A stretch of 64,000 bases of DNA from Bacillota bacterium. Lineage in GTDB: Bacteria; Bacillota; Sulfobacillia; Sulfobacillales; Sulfobacillaceae. This document shows, piece after piece, positions 20,154-32,062 of this stretch. Under the pieces are notes generated by a model. The model made no database searches. It saw only the letters and a program-made list of their open reading frames with translations, and was not told the DNA's origin. Location: positions 7,472 to 71,471 of the forward strand of contig JAJZZH010000105.1 in the NCBI GenBank assembly GCA_021797675.1, read 5' to 3'. Every line of letters starts with the position of its first letter. Positions within the stretch are counted from its first letter, which is position 1. A program made the translations under genes and the position numbers.

Positions 20154-21344
20154 TTAGTGTACTTGGCGCAGGCCATCGGCCGGCTGTGCGACCGGAATGA
20201 TCACCGGTTGGACAGGCAGCGTGGCGGCGGTTTCGGCAATCGCGTTTCGCAGGTGGGCTTCGGCCGAGCGAGGAAAGAGGGCAATGACGCTGCCGCCGAA
20301 TCCGGCGCCGGTCAGCCGGGCGCCTGCGAATCCTTCTGAAAGATATGGGTTCACGCCGTCGACCGCATTCACGACGGCATCGAGGGCAGGGGTGGAGACC
20401 TCAAAATCGTCTCGCAAGGACCGGTGACTTGCCGTAAAGAAAGAAGCCACCTGATCCCAGCGCCCCTTGGCCGCGAGGGCGACCGATTGGTGCACCCGCT
20501 CATTCTCGGTAATGACGTGGCGGGCGCGCTTTCGCAAAATGGGGTCAGCCAGCCGCTTCCAGTCGTCCTTGGCGGCGGCTCGCAAGTTGGGCAGCTGAAG
20601 GTCTCGGCTGGCTTGCCGGGTTTCCGCCACCCGCTGATCGTAGGCACTGTGGGCCAGCGACCTCGGAGTCCGCGTGTCGATGATCCACAGCTGGTAACCC
20701 GACGACGCAAAGTCAAAGGGAATCGGGGAGGCGGTGCCAGCCTCGGCGTCGATAAATACGGCGTGATCCGCGCGCGCATAGATAATCGCCGTTTGGTCTA
20801 AGATGCCGCTATTCACGCCTAAGTAGCGGTTTTCCATCGCTTGCGCAAGGCGAATCAGGTCCGCTTGAGCCCGTCCGGAAGGGGAGCTGAGGGCCGACAG
20901 CAGTCCCAGAGACAGGGCGGCCGAAGACGACAACCCGCTGCCGACCGGGAGGTCGGACGTTACCCAGACGTCAAATCCGCGGTCGACCGCCAGCAGGTCG
21001 ACGGCCGCAGCCGTAAAACCGCCCAAGCCCTCCAACGGGGTGCCGGCGATGGCCCTTTGGGCGCTCTGGGTCAATTCGCTCAGCGTGGATGAAAACTGGA
21101 CGTTGTGCAAATCGCTCCCCACTCGCACCTGGGCGTCATCGCGCCAAGCCAGGGCTACATGCGTGGCCAAGGTTAACGCAATCGGCAGCGACCAGCCGCC
21201 CTGGTAGTCGGTATGGTCGCCGATGCAATTTACCCGCCCGGGGGCCCGAAACAGGACGTCGGGCGGGTGGGAATATTGGTGAATAAAAGCTTCCATGGCT
21301 TGATGGGCAGGCCCGGCCTGCTCTGGCCGCAGCGCATTCTTCAT
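20154..21344 (-). CDS. galK: Galactokinase
   Basis: GRVNCIGDHTDYQGG signature and GHMP ATP-binding motif LPVGSGLSSSAAL. Confidence 0.9.
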   Translation of the reverse strand: MKNALRPEQAGPAHQAMEAFIHQYSHPPDVLFRAPGRVNCIGDHTDYQGGWSLPIALTLATHVALAWRDDAQVRVGSDLHNVQFSSTLSELTQSAQRAIAGTPLEGLGGFTAAAVDLLAVDRGFDVWVTSDLPVGSGLSSSAALSLGLLSALSSPSGRAQADLIRLAQAMENRYLGVNSGILDQTAIIYARADHAVFIDAEAGTASPIPFDFASSGYQLWIIDTRTPRSLAHSAYDQRVAETRQASRDLQLPNLRAAAKDDWKRLADPILRKRARHVITENERVHQSVALAAKGRWDQVASFFTASHRSLRDDFEVSTPALDAVVNAVDGVNPYLSEGFAGARLTGAGFGGSVIALFPRSAEAHLRNAIAETAATLPVQPVIIPVAQPADGLRQVH

Positions 21345-21658
21345 CCCTGTAGCACTCCTTCACCGAACATACATGATCGGTTAAGTCAGGTGGTGGGGTT
21401 CGGGCTCTGAAATCACGAAGACTATTGCCGATGAGACGGGTCGTGGCTGTCGAAAATAACCTCAGGATGGTCGTTTCCTCCGTCCCCTGCGGCCATACCT
21501 GACTTATCTGGGGATGTAGTTCACAGGTATAATGCCAGGGCGAGTCCACACTGACCACAACCGAACAACCATTCGTCCGCGGCGGGGTTCGTGCTGCTGA
21601 GACCAGCACCGCTGCGCCACGTTGGGTGAAAGGCGATTCCACGGGTTGGCCTATGCCC

Positions 21659-21871
21659 TTACGAACTGGCGTCGGGATCGTTGGCACCGCGGGGTTTAGC
21701 GAAGAGGCGTCGAGATAAGGCGACGCCTCCCCAAGCGCTCGCCGCGATACCGCCCATAACCACCCAATAGAGCGTCCCCCCTCGGACCACGTTGGTGACC
21801 AGCAGGACGACCAATCCCAAAAAAACCATTTCGATGGTGAGAATCTGCCAGAGCACGCGGAAGTTGATCAT
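21659..21871 (-). CDS. Small hypothetical membrane protein (70 aa, two predicted TM helices)
   Basis: Hydrophobic ORF only; no recognisable family. Confidence 0.3.
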   Translation of the reverse strand: MINFRVLWQILTIEMVFLGLVVLLVTNVVRGGTLYWVVMGGIAASAWGGVALSRRLFAKPRGANDPDASS

Positions 21872-21948
21872 GTAGTCCCGCTCCTTCGCGATGTTCGCTG
21901 GCGGTGTCCTGCTCAGAGGGTTGCCGCCTCGATTGCGTCGAGGCGCTC

Positions 21949-22593
21949 TTAAATGGCCAAGTCGGTAAGGCCGGCCAGGTACCGTTCGGCATTGATCAAG
22001 ACACGCTGATAGTAGCCGTCGGTGCAGGGCACAAAATTGTGGATGCTGAGGCTCACCCGGCCCAGGTTGCCATGGCTGTCGAGCGCTTCGAGCATTACGC
22101 GCGCTTGCCGTCCCTGGAAAAGATCCCAGCCCTCCTGCAAATTCAACCAGGCCAGCCCCGTCACCTCATCGGGATCTGGGCGAAATTCCTCCAGCCCCCA
22201 GTCAACCTCGGTCAGGAACACGCTTTGGAATTCGCGGTCGACCCGGTCCGGCGTGCGCGACGGCTTGATCCGCAGCCCCGCCGGGGTTAGGGAAAGGCGG
22301 TCCAGGGGGATGCCTACTTCTTCAGGAATCTCTCTGGCTGCCTCTGACGGAGTCTCCCCGACCAAGACGTGTCCCGCCACACTGGTGTCCCAAAGCCCCG
22401 GATTATCCAGTTTGGCAAGACTCCTTTGCTGAAAAAGCATGGCGGGTCGGGGAGCCCGGCGGATCATCCAGCAGTGAAAGGTCCGATGCCAGTCGCCGTC
22501 GCGATGCACGGCTTCGCGTTCCTTTCGGCCAATCCAGCAGAGATTGTCGTCGTAGATGTCGAGCCATTCCCCGCCCGAACCGTCCTGGGTCAT
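21949..22593 (-). CDS. NUDIX hydrolase
   Basis: Nudix box [22 protein letters not shown]. Confidence 0.8.
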   Translation of the reverse strand: MTQDGSGGEWLDIYDDNLCWIGRKEREAVHRDGDWHRTFHCWMIRRAPRPAMLFQQRSLAKLDNPGLWDTSVAGHVLVGETPSEAAREIPEEVGIPLDRLSLTPAGLRIKPSRTPDRVDREFQSVFLTEVDWGLEEFRPDPDEVTGLAWLNLQEGWDLFQGRQARVMLEALDSHGNLGRVSLSIHNFVPCTDGYYQRVLINAERYLAGLTDLAI

Positions 22594-25316
22594 TGCCCTT
22601 CACCCGTCCGCATGAGATTGCCGAGCACGGTCGGCAAGATGCCACCCAATCGGTAGTAATCGACATCGATGGGGGTGTCAAGGCGCAGCGTAGCTTGGAA
22701 GCGAATACGCCGGCCGTCCGGGCCGTTCGCTTCAACGTCGACTTGGCCGAGCGGCGTTAAGGGGGAGGGTAAATGGATGTCGACCGTTTCTTCGCCAGTC
22801 AAACCGAGCGATTGCCAACCGTCTCCCTGATGAAATTGCAGCGGCAAGACCCCCATACCCACCAAATTGGATCGATGGATGCGTTCGAAACTCTCGGCAA
22901 TGACTGCCTTGACTCCGAGTAGCATGGTGCCTTTGGCGGCCCAATCGCGGGAACTGCCGGTACCGTACTCCTTGCCGGCAAACACGACCAACGGCACGTG
23001 CTCCCTTTCGTAGGTCATTGCGGCGTCAAAGATCGGCAACGCGTCCCCGTCGGGAAAGTGTTTGGTGAAGCCGCCTTCGATTTGGGGAACGATCTGGTTT
23101 CTAATCCGGATGTTGGCGAACGTGCCGCGCATCATGACCTCGTGATTGCCCCGACGGGACCCGTACGTATTGAAATCGGCCGGGTTCACCCCATGGGCCG
23201 CGAGGTACTTGGCCGCCGGCGTGTTGGCGCCGATACTGCCTGCCGGAGAAATATGGTCGGTGGTAATCGAGTCGCCGAACAGGGCGAGAATCCGTGCGCC
23301 GACAATGGGACCGACGGGCTGAGGACGCTCAGACCAGTCTTTAAAGAATGGCGGATCTTGTATATACGTGGAATCCGGATCCCAAGCGTAGATATCTCCT
23401 TGCGGAGCATCAAGCGCGTTCCACAGCGAGTTGGCGCCGAACACGGCCTGGTACTGGCGGTGGTAGAGCTCGGGCTGGATGGCGGCGGTTAGGGTTGCCT
23501 CCACTTCCTGAGGTGACGGCCACAGATCGCGGAGATAGACGGGGCGGTGCTCCGCATCGTAGCCCAGAGGAGCGTTGGGCAGGTCGATGTCCACGGTCCC
23601 CGCCAAGGCATAGGCCACCACCAATGGCGGCGAGGCGAGGTAGTTTGCCTTTACCAACGCATGAATGCGTCCCTCAAAATTTCGATTTCCGCTGAGCACG
23701 GCCGCCACGGTCAAGTCTTCGGCTTGAATCACACGGGCGACCGCTTCATCCAGCGGACCGCTGTTGCCGATACACGTGGTGCACCCGTAGCCAACGAGGT
23801 GAAAGCCCAATTGTTCTAAATATGGGGTCAGCCCGGCTTCTTGCAGGTACGCCGTTACCACCCGAGACCCCGGCGCGAGACTCGTCTTGACATACCCGGG
23901 TACCTTAAGTCCGCGCTCGACGGCATGTTTGGCCAACAGTCCGGCCCCCACCATCACGCTCGGATTCGACGTGTTCGTGCAACTGGTAATCGCCGCGATG
24001 ACCACTGAACCGTGGCGGAGTACGTCCCCCGACGTCGCTACCGGGGATTGGCCGCCCAGTCTTGCGGGTTTCACGCCAAACCCCCGCTCTGGCACCGGCG
24101 CGGTCAACGCCTGGCGGAACGCGGACTGCAGGTGGGCCAGTGGAATGCGATCTTGGGGCCGTTTGGGTCCGGCCAAACTGGGCTCGATGGATCCCAAATC
24201 GAGTTCTAAGACGTCCAAATAGTCCGCCGCAGGGGTATTGTCGTCCACGAACAAGCCTTGTTCCCGCAGATACCATTCGACCAACTGGATATGCGCTTCG
24301 CTTCGCCCCGTGGCCCGCAGGTAATTGAGCGTCTCGGCGTCGGTCGGGAAAAACCCCATGGTCGCCCCGTATTCGGGGGCCATGTTGGCTACCGTGGCCC
24401 GGTCGGCCAGGGTCATATCGCGCACGCCAGGGCCGAAGAATTCGACAAAACGGCCGACCACCCCGTATTTCCGGAGCAGCTGGGTGATCGTCAAGGCGAG
24501 ATCGGTGGCGGTCGCGCCCGCGGGTAGCCGTCCCGTTACCTTTACTCCGAGTACTTCCGGCAACAAGAGATACAAGGGTTGGCCTAGCATGTTGGCTTCC
24601 GCTTCAATTCCGCCCACGCCCCAGCCCAAAATGCCCAGCCCGTTAATCATGGTGGTGTGGGAATCCGTTCCCACCAGCGTATCGGGAAACACTTCCCGGG
24701 CTCCGTGGCGCTCGCGCACGGTGACCACGGAGGCTAAATACTCCAGATTCACTTGATGGATGATGCCGGTATCGGGGGGGATCACCCGAAAATTATCGAA
24801 CGATGCCTGGGCCCATTTCAGCAAGCGATAGCGCTCTTGGTTGCGCTCAAACTCTCGTTGCATATTGTATTCGAAGGCCGTGGCCTGCCCAGCGCGGTCG
24901 ACCTGGACCGAATGATCCACAACCAGATCCACGGGAATCAGGGGATTGATCCGCTTGGAGTCCCCACCCAAATGCCGCATCTTCGAACGCATAGAGGCCA
25001 AGTCAACCACCGCCGGCACTCCCGTCAAATCCTGCAGGACCACGCGCGCAGGCTTGAACGGAACCTCTTTGCGGTCCCCCGACTGCGGCTGGTAGCCAGC
25101 CAGGGCAAGCACGTCTTGGCGGCGAATCTGGTAGTCGTCGAATTGGCGGAGGACGGCTTCCAACAGGATTCGGATGCTGATGGGCAAGCGCGGAATCTTG
25201 CCCAACCCCTGTTCCTCGAGCGCCGCCAGGCGGTAATAGGTAAGGGTTTGACCCTCGCGCTCGACCGTGGTGCGGGCGTGAAACGGATCCATCGCTGAGT
25301 GATCCAATCTGTTCAC
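22590..25316 (-). CDS. acnA: Aconitate hydratase A
   Basis: 908-aa protein with aconitase-family sequence throughout; overlaps the NUDIX gene by 4 nt. Confidence 0.9.
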   Translation of the reverse strand: MNRLDHSAMDPFHARTTVEREGQTLTYYRLAALEEQGLGKIPRLPISIRILLEAVLRQFDDYQIRRQDVLALAGYQPQSGDRKEVPFKPARVVLQDLTGVPAVVDLASMRSKMRHLGGDSKRINPLIPVDLVVDHSVQVDRAGQATAFEYNMQREFERNQERYRLLKWAQASFDNFRVIPPDTGIIHQVNLEYLASVVTVRERHGAREVFPDTLVGTDSHTTMINGLGILGWGVGGIEAEANMLGQPLYLLLPEVLGVKVTGRLPAGATATDLALTITQLLRKYGVVGRFVEFFGPGVRDMTLADRATVANMAPEYGATMGFFPTDAETLNYLRATGRSEAHIQLVEWYLREQGLFVDDNTPAADYLDVLELDLGSIEPSLAGPKRPQDRIPLAHLQSAFRQALTAPVPERGFGVKPARLGGQSPVATSGDVLRHGSVVIAAITSCTNTSNPSVMVGAGLLAKHAVERGLKVPGYVKTSLAPGSRVVTAYLQEAGLTPYLEQLGFHLVGYGCTTCIGNSGPLDEAVARVIQAEDLTVAAVLSGNRNFEGRIHALVKANYLASPPLVVAYALAGTVDIDLPNAPLGYDAEHRPVYLRDLWPSPQEVEATLTAAIQPELYHRQYQAVFGANSLWNALDAPQGDIYAWDPDSTYIQDPPFFKDWSERPQPVGPIVGARILALFGDSITTDHISPAGSIGANTPAAKYLAAHGVNPADFNTYGSRRGNHEVMMRGTFANIRIRNQIVPQIEGGFTKHFPDGDALPIFDAAMTYEREHVPLVVFAGKEYGTGSSRDWAAKGTMLLGVKAVIAESFERIHRSNLVGMGVLPLQFHQGDGWQSLGLTGEETVDIHLPSPLTPLGQVDVEANGPDGRRIRFQATLRLDTPIDVDYYRLGGILPTVLGNLMRTGEGQ

Positions 25317-25777
25317 CTCGTTGTCTGATTTGCGGGCTCAGTCGACGCGGAAGACTCCCAGAGACTTCGCGCCAGACCCAAGCCGGGCACGGCCCGATGG
25401 CGGACATCATCGCGCCCAGCCCGCACGGATCCACGACGCTTGTTCAGGCGGGAGCTTCGTGGTGCCGTTTGCTCTGAAAAACCTACCAACGCCGGCCTGA
25501 TCTGCGGTGTTGGCAGGCCTCGAGCCCTTAACTCCTGTCCACATTATCGCATAATCCTGCGGGATCGGAAGGGGCGGTACGCGGATTCTGGCCGGGATGG
25601 TCGGACCCGGGCGGGACGCCGTTAACGGGCGTGGCGGGGGAGTCGCAAGGTGGTGTGAATGCGACCTTCGTCGGGTCATAGATTTATAAACATTAACTCG
25701 AATGTCCAAATGGTTTAGGACCTATCGTGTAAAAATGAAAATATCGTGTTAAGGTTATGCTGAGGTGAACAATAGGG

Positions 25778-26221
25778 ATGCCTTCATATCGAGTGCAAGG
25801 CAGCTGCCCAACCTGTGGGCGAAACATGTGGGTGTCGGAGTTGCAATGTTCACATTGCGGGACGCATCTGCAGGGGCAATTTCGGCTGACCCGTTTTGAT
25901 ATGCTGACCGATGAGCAACTGGTATTTCTCGAACGATTCTTACGCGCACGGGGAAACATTCGCGATGTTGAGCGGGAAACCGGCCTGTCCTATCCCACGG
26001 TGCGCAGCCGACTCGATAACGTATTGCGGGCGCTCGGCCTCGACGAGGGCCCACCGGCGGCAGGCGAGACCGGTGCGGGAATGCAGCTTGAATTGCTGAA
26101 CGCGTTATCGGCGGGGACGGTGGACGTCAAGACCGTGCTTAGAATGTTGGAGGAAGGGGCGGCGGTCGAAGGCACCGTTCAGCCTAAGGATCGTAGCGCA
26201 GAGGGGGAGTACCATGAATGA
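25778..26221 (+). CDS. DUF2089 protein (zinc ribbon plus HTH)
   Basis: CPTCGRNMWVSELQCSHCGTHLQG followed by LTDEQLVFLERFLRARGNIRDVERETGLSYPTVRSRLDNV. Confidence 0.7.
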   Translation: MPSYRVQGSCPTCGRNMWVSELQCSHCGTHLQGQFRLTRFDMLTDEQLVFLERFLRARGNIRDVERETGLSYPTVRSRLDNVLRALGLDEGPPAAGETGAGMQLELLNALSAGTVDVKTVLRMLEEGAAVEGTVQPKDRSAEGEYHE

Positions 26222-26597
26222 AGAAGTGCGGCGAAGGATCCGGCAACTCGTGATTGACGGGAAAATCACGCCGGAAGAGGCACGTCAGTTAACAGAGGCG
26301 ATGGCGCCCGATTCCCTGGCGCCCAGGATGGCGGAGCCCTCAGAGCGCGAGGAACCCCGGCCGGCACGGGCACGGTTTTTAACCATCCGCGTTTCTGGAC
26401 GGCAGGCGGTGAATCTTCGCATTCCTTTGGCGTTGGCCAAGGATGCCGTTCCTTTTATTTTAAAATACGTTCCGGCCGATCAATTGCCGAGGGACATGAA
26501 TCTCGACGCCTTGGCCACCTTGATAGAGCGCGCGGCAGCGGGTACGCTGCTCGAAGTGAAAACCGATCAAGATCATATTGTGGTGGGACTAGAATAA
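26214..26597 (+). CDS. Hypothetical protein with an N-terminal SHOCT-like motif, co-transcribed with the DUF2089 gene
   Basis: QLVIDGKITPEEARQLTEAM is SHOCT-like. Overlaps DUF2089 by 8 nt. Confidence 0.5.
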   Translation: MNEEVRRRIRQLVIDGKITPEEARQLTEAMAPDSLAPRMAEPSEREEPRPARARFLTIRVSGRQAVNLRIPLALAKDAVPFILKYVPADQLPRDMNLDALATLIERAAAGTLLEVKTDQDHIVVGLE

Positions 26598-27030
26598 CGG
26601 CTCCGCCCACAGGTGGAGTTGGCCCGATCAAACCGGCAATCCGGGGCAACGCGCGGCGGGGGAGTCGAAATCGCGCGGCGACGCACCGAACGTTCCTGCC
26701 CTTCGAAAAGGGGCAGGAACACCGGTTAGGGCAAGGCTCTGCGACAAGACGGAAGTCCTCGGCGCGTTCTCCATAGCCACCACAGAAGGCTGCAAGCCCA
26801 TGGTGTTGTCGTTTCCAAGCCCAGCCGGAAGCGGGTTGGGAGGGTAGCATGTCTGGCACCGCCAGCACAAAGGGAGTCTTGCACCCGTCGTGGCAACCGA
26901 CACGGGCAAGCACCGAGCAAGAAACGCTTTCCCCCGAAGCGCCGGCGCTAAACGACGGGCCTGCTCTGGGCGGACTCTGCCAGCCGTGTTTTGGGCCCCG
27001 GGGTCTTGGCGATGGTCCGACCCGCGGATC

Positions 27031-27423
27031 TTAGGGCGACGGGCTACGCAAAAGCGCTTCGCCCGTCACCGCGGGACGAGGGGCACCTTCGGCGGTGATC
27101 TGCAAGGCGATCTTCACCTCTTCGACCGTTTCGCTCTTGACTTTCCCGACCACGACCACTGGTGAACCAGGTCGCACAAAATTCCGGAAACGTACCTGAA
27201 AATCCTCGACATGGTATCCACTTTCGACCCAGGGCTCGAGGTACTCGGCCAAGAGCGCCATATTGAGCATGCCGTGCACGACGACGCCAGGAAGCCCGGC
27301 CGCCTTGGCTGCCTCGGTGTCATAGTGAATCGGGTTGTAGTCCCCTGCCGCCGCCGCATACCGAATGAGATCCGGTTGTTCGAGAATCACCGATGTCGGT
27401 TCGAGGGATGCACGCTTCGTCAT
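27031..27423 (-). CDS. MaoC-family (R)-specific enoyl-CoA hydratase/dehydratase
   Basis: YNPIHYDTEAAKAAGLPGVVVHGML hotdog-fold motif. Confidence 0.75.
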   Translation of the reverse strand: MTKRASLEPTSVILEQPDLIRYAAAAGDYNPIHYDTEAAKAAGLPGVVVHGMLNMALLAEYLEPWVESGYHVEDFQVRFRNFVRPGSPVVVVGKVKSETVEEVKIALQITAEGAPRPAVTGEALLRSPSP

Positions 27424-27613
27424 AGGAATGTCCGGCAGTGCAACGGCCTTGGCGGTACTGGCGCGCTGGTGCCGGTTTCCTCCTTTCACCAAAATTGCCG
27501 CGCGGAAGCCCCTAGATCTATCCATGGAGAGGAAGCGCGGCACCGGCGTCAGCCGGAATCCCTTGCTAGCTCTGGGAGCTTCCTCCTCAGGCCCCCGGCT
27601 TTAGCCGTGGAGT

Positions 27614-28036
27614 CTATGACTGGAGGGCATTTGGATGTCGATCGCCCGGGTATAAGAGGAGAGCCTGGGCCTCAAAGGCGTCGGTACCATCGGCATGCCT
27701 TCCGCGCGTGGTAAGGGTCACAAATACCGTGCCTCCCCGCTCTTTGTAACCGCTGACCTCAGCCACCACGGTGACGGTTTCCCCGACGCGCAAGGGGGTA
27801 AAGTAATGAAAACGCTGTTCGCCATGGATCACTGCGGACTTCGGCAGGTTGAGGCCTGGAATGGGGTTCGGTTGCAACGCGATGGGAAAGGTGAGCGGTA
27901 TCGCATCATCAGCGCGGGACCCGGATCCACCAGCTAGGACCGGGATCGCGCGACGAAAGGAGCGCACCCAATCCGGATCGATGACATAGGTACGCGGCGC
28001 GCTCGTGTGCCCGAGCGGTGTCGTTGAGGCGGTCAT
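27614..28036 (-). CDS. MaoC N-terminal-like (FAS1-type) dehydratase partner subunit
   Basis: Hotdog-like sequence adjacent to the MaoC gene; paired-subunit arrangement. Confidence 0.55.
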   Translation of the reverse strand: MTASTTPLGHTSAPRTYVIDPDWVRSFRRAIPVLAGGSGSRADDAIPLTFPIALQPNPIPGLNLPKSAVIHGEQRFHYFTPLRVGETVTVVAEVSGYKERGGTVFVTLTTRGRHADGTDAFEAQALLLYPGDRHPNALQS

Positions 28037-29130
28037 GAAAATCCTCCTTGCTGAGACGTTCGGCCTGGATATTTTAATACGTAAAATTTACCATCAAGAT
28101 CCGGAAGGGTCAAACATAGTAACGTTTTTTCTGCTGAAACTACCCCCCCATGCTAACAGATCTGAAGCAGATAAGCTATGGATAGAGGTACGGTCGAGCG
28201 GGCTAAGGAACTCTCGGCCGCCGAACCCTCACGGGTTGAGGCGGGGGATCGCTCCCGGGCGTCACTTCAGACCGCTCCGGCCCTGGCTTCCGAAAAATCC
28301 GCGTCGCTGGGTGTACGAGGGTGAGCAGAATTTGCGAGAGAAGTTTCGGCTAAGTGCAAATCGGAAGGTTGGAATTCCCCGGGATCTTGGCCGAAGTCAC
28401 CCTCTTTGGCCATCTTGACCCCGGGTTGGAATGGACACTCCGTGAACAACGGCTTGCATCCCTCGCGGATTGGAAACTCAAGCAGACAGCTTTGTGATGG
28501 ATCACCTCGGTCATGGGTCACGACGATGGATTGAGGGCAGGTGCCAGTGCACGAACAGCCCGATAGCGCGCCCAGGGAGCGTCAGACGCAGGCCAGTGAT
28601 TCCCGCCCAACCTCCGGTGCAACGCGCTTTAAGGTTTCATTAGGGGGCAACCACACAAACCGATTGGGTTTTGGATCAACGAGGCGAACCCGGTCCAAGG
28701 AACCGGCTTCGGCGAGGCAGACTGCCCAGTCGTCCGCGCCGCACGGAACGGGCATAACAGGGAGGATTATGCCGCTCTTATGGCAAAAGGGTCGTCAACG
28801 GTCAAGCTCATCTGCCCTGGATGTTGTGTTAGCATTGCCTCAGACATCGCGGGTGGATGTGCGGCGATGGGGGATGGGTCGATCCCGAGTCCGTGAGCGA
28901 ATCGGGTGCCTGGTCACGAAAAGGAACCGCCACGGAGGAAACAGAACGAGGATCGGGAGGCGAGTGGCAATGGATGACCAATCGTTGCGTGACGTGTTGC
29001 AAGCATGGCTGGGGATTTGGGTGTCCACACCCGCGAATCTGTTTGAAACAGCGCGCTGGGATTGGATTCGCTCCGCGATTAGGCCAGCGGGGATGGACCT
29101 GGGCGGCCCCTGGAGGCCGGAAGAAGAGGC

Positions 29131-30492
29131 ATGACGGAATTTCGCAGCATCAGGGAATTGACCGCCGCCTTTCGCCGAGGAGATTTTTCGCCGTGGGAGT
29201 GGGCGCGGCAGATATGGCGACAGGTAGAATCCGAGGCGGACCGGTTTGGCGGATTCACCGTGCGCTGTCCCGAGCACTTCTTGGAAGCGGCTCGGCAGAG
29301 CGAGACTCGCTACGTCCGACGCAGGCCGTTGGGGCCGTTGGACGGCGTGGTAATTGGTCTGAAAGACATGATTACCACCCGCGAAATGCCCACTACGGCC
29401 GGATCCCGGATTTTAGCCGACTACCGGCCGGCAGCGGATGCTCGCGTCGTCGAGCGGCTCAAGGCCTCGGGAGCCAACTACCATCTGGGCAAGCTCAACC
29501 TGCACGAATTTGCCTATGGTCCTACGGGGACGAGTTCGTTCTTTGGAGCGACCGGAAATCCCTGGGATCCGACCCGGATGGCCGGCGGGTCCAGTAGCGG
29601 GAGCGCTCTGGCGGTGCAGCGCAACTGGGTTAGCGCCGCCTTGGGCACGGATACCGGCGGATCCGTGCGCATTCCCGCTGCTCTCTCGGGCGTCATCGGA
29701 CTGAAGCCGACCTATGGCGCGGTTTCCGTGCAAGGCGTCATTCCGCTGGCCTGGAGCCTGGACCACGTGGGGATTCTGGGGCGCACGGCAACTGACGTCC
29801 GCACCGTCTACTGGGCTCTGACCGATGCCCCGGGAAATGCCCTAACCGCACGCCCCCGGCGTTTTCGTGTTCTCTGGCCCGATAATCTAGGCGAAAGCTA
29901 CCAAGCGGCTATCGACACGCTGGCGCGACAGGCGGTGCATCGTCTATCGGAGGCAGGCTGGATTCGAGCGGACGAAGGCCCGCTGCCGGAATGGGAAGCA
30001 CTGGCCGCGGTTCAGCACGTCGTGCTGAGTGCAGAAGCGTCAACCTTTCACTGGGCCTGGCTTAGAGAACGAGCCGCCGATTATCAGCCCGACGTGCGAG
30101 AACGGCTGGAGACGCGCAGTGGCCTGCTCGCCATGCATTACATCGAGGCGCTGCGTCAGCGTCGACGGTCGATCGCGAACTTTTCCGGGCTGTGGGGCCG
30201 ATACGACCTCATTGTTATGCCGACGGTTCCGATAACGGCGCCGCTGCTGACCCAGACGACCGTTTCCACCCCGACCGGGGTGAGGGAAGACGTGCGGGTG
30301 AGCCTGGTCAAATACACCGCCGCCGTCAACGCCCTGGGGGCTCCGGCAATTGCCCATCCGGTGGGTATGGTCGACGGATTGCCCGTCAGTTTGCAATGGA
30401 TCGCGCCACCGGGGCGAGAAGATTGGTTGCTGGATGTCGTGGAGGAATATCAGACCCTGAGCGACTGGCATCTCAGAATGCCGAAGGTATAG
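29131..30492 (+). CDS. Amidase (amidase-signature family, GatA-like)
   Basis: GGSSSGSALAV and GTDTGGSVRIPAA amidase-signature motifs. Confidence 0.85.
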   Translation: MTEFRSIRELTAAFRRGDFSPWEWARQIWRQVESEADRFGGFTVRCPEHFLEAARQSETRYVRRRPLGPLDGVVIGLKDMITTREMPTTAGSRILADYRPAADARVVERLKASGANYHLGKLNLHEFAYGPTGTSSFFGATGNPWDPTRMAGGSSSGSALAVQRNWVSAALGTDTGGSVRIPAALSGVIGLKPTYGAVSVQGVIPLAWSLDHVGILGRTATDVRTVYWALTDAPGNALTARPRRFRVLWPDNLGESYQAAIDTLARQAVHRLSEAGWIRADEGPLPEWEALAAVQHVVLSAEASTFHWAWLRERAADYQPDVRERLETRSGLLAMHYIEALRQRRRSIANFSGLWGRYDLIVMPTVPITAPLLTQTTVSTPTGVREDVRVSLVKYTAAVNALGAPAIAHPVGMVDGLPVSLQWIAPPGREDWLLDVVEEYQTLSDWHLRMPKV

Positions 30493-30521
30493 GAATTGCA
30501 GGGGCGTTGCAGGATAGCCCC

Positions 30522-31568
30522 ATGTGGGAAAAATTGGGGCGCGCGACCGGTGGTGGGTTGAAGTGGATGGGGCAGCCGGCATTCAAAACGGCCCTGGCGA
30601 GCACGCTGGCCTGGTGGATGGCACAGGCGCTAACCGGTACCGCCAAGCCGTACATGGCCGTCTTGGCGACCGTTTTGTCGTTGAATGTCACCATTTCCGA
30701 TTCGGTCTCACGCGGTCTGCAGCGGATCCTGGGAGTGACCGCGGGGATTGCCACAGCGTTGATTCTGGCTTCTGCCTGGGGACTCCGAGCATGGACGGTG
30801 GGGATCTTGGTGCTCGGCTCCCTCCTGTTGGGCCAGCGGCTGGGTCTGGGATCGATGGGAACTCCCCAAATTGCCATCTCGGGTCTGTTGGTCTGGTCGA
30901 CCGGACATGGCCGCGAATTGCCCTATGCCACCCTCAGGTTTTGGGACACGGTGATCGGCGCCGCAGTGGCCATTTTGATCAACGGGCTCCTGTATCCCGC
31001 GGATTTGACCCGTCCCGCCCAGCAGGAGTTGGGCGGCTTAAGCCGAGCCGTGGCCGAGGTCGGCCACGGGATGGCAGACGCTCTGGGTCGACGAGACCTT
31101 TCGGAGGCGGAGCAGTGGTTGGAAGCCGGCCGCTCGATGCAGGCGGGCTGGGAAACGTCCAAAGTGATGATCCGCCGGGCGCGGGAATCACTGCGTTGGA
31201 ACCTTTGGGGCCGCCCAGGCCGCCGGCTGATGCGCGACCTGAGTCGGGGGGCGCAACTCCTTGAGAAGAACATGACCCAGGTTCGGTCCATGGCGAGAAT
31301 CCTCTACGAGATCCACCGGGGGCGAATGCCCTTGCCTGCCGAAGACTGGCACATATTGGCAGAGATGGCCGACCGGTCGGCCCGGGCCCTCGATGCCGTG
31401 AGCCGTTGGTTCGAGGACCCGCATCCGCCCAGAAGCCACCCGCCGACGCCATCTGGCGTCGGCCCCTCCTGGTCTGCGGTGATACCGCCTCATCGCCTGC
31501 ACGTCTGGGCGTGGACATCCACGGCCGTCCGCCTGCTGGCCGATACGGAGGATTTCTTCAGGGAATAG
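30522..31568 (+). CDS. FUSC-like / aromatic acid exporter family membrane protein
   Basis: MWEKLGRATGGGLKWMGQPAFKTALASTLAWWMAQ... typical N-terminus; several TM helices followed by a cytoplasmic helical domain. Confidence 0.6.
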   Translation: MWEKLGRATGGGLKWMGQPAFKTALASTLAWWMAQALTGTAKPYMAVLATVLSLNVTISDSVSRGLQRILGVTAGIATALILASAWGLRAWTVGILVLGSLLLGQRLGLGSMGTPQIAISGLLVWSTGHGRELPYATLRFWDTVIGAAVAILINGLLYPADLTRPAQQELGGLSRAVAEVGHGMADALGRRDLSEAEQWLEAGRSMQAGWETSKVMIRRARESLRWNLWGRPGRRLMRDLSRGAQLLEKNMTQVRSMARILYEIHRGRMPLPAEDWHILAEMADRSARALDAVSRWFEDPHPPRSHPPTPSGVGPSWSAVIPPHRLHVWAWTSTAVRLLADTEDFFRE

Positions 31569-31576
31569 GGGTGGAA

Positions 31577-32062
31577 CTAATCCGGGTTTCGGTGTCGATC
31601 GATGCTTTCTTGGAGAATGCGCTCGGCCGTGGTTCTGGGAGCCCAATTGCCGACCGCCGTCGGCTTATTTTCCAGCGTCTTGTAGACGGCGAAAAAGTGG
31701 GCGATTTCTTTGAGTTGGTGAGGAGGCACTTGATCCAATTCCTTCACATGAAGGAATCGGGGATCATCCTCGCACACGGCCAAGATCTTGTGATCGACCC
31801 CGTTTTCGTCGCTCATTTCGAGCATGCCCACGATGCGGGCTCTCAGCGCACACCCGGGAAAGGTCGGCTGGCTGATGAGAACCATGACATCTAACGGATC
31901 CCCGTCTTCGCCCAGCGTATCCGGAACGAATCCGTAATCGGTGGGGTAGTGAAAGGGAGAAAACAGCACCCGGTCTAGCCGAATTCGGCCAGTATGGTGA
32001 TCGACCTCATATTTATTTTGACTGCCCTGTGGAATTTCCACGACCACATCAACGACTGCCAC
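31577..32062 (-). CDS. ppa: Inorganic pyrophosphatase
   Basis: VVEIPQGSQNKYEVDHHTG...DGDPLDVMVL family I PPase motifs. Confidence 0.9.
   Translation of the reverse strand: MAVVDVVVEIPQGSQNKYEVDHHTGRIRLDRVLFSPFHYPTDYGFVPDTLGEDGDPLDVMVLISQPTFPGCALRARIVGMLEMSDENGVDHKILAVCEDDPRFLHVKELDQVPPHQLKEIAHFFAVYKTLENKPTAVGNWAPRTTAERILQESIDRHRNPD

Noticed and set aside
28267-28521. 84-aa minus-strand ORF with CxxxxxxC-like spacing (MTHDRGDPSQSCLLEFPIREGCKPLFTECP) and a small ORF at 28972..29134 overlapping the amidase start
   Set aside because: No RBS or recognisable family for either. Too weak to call as a gene, and left unannotated.
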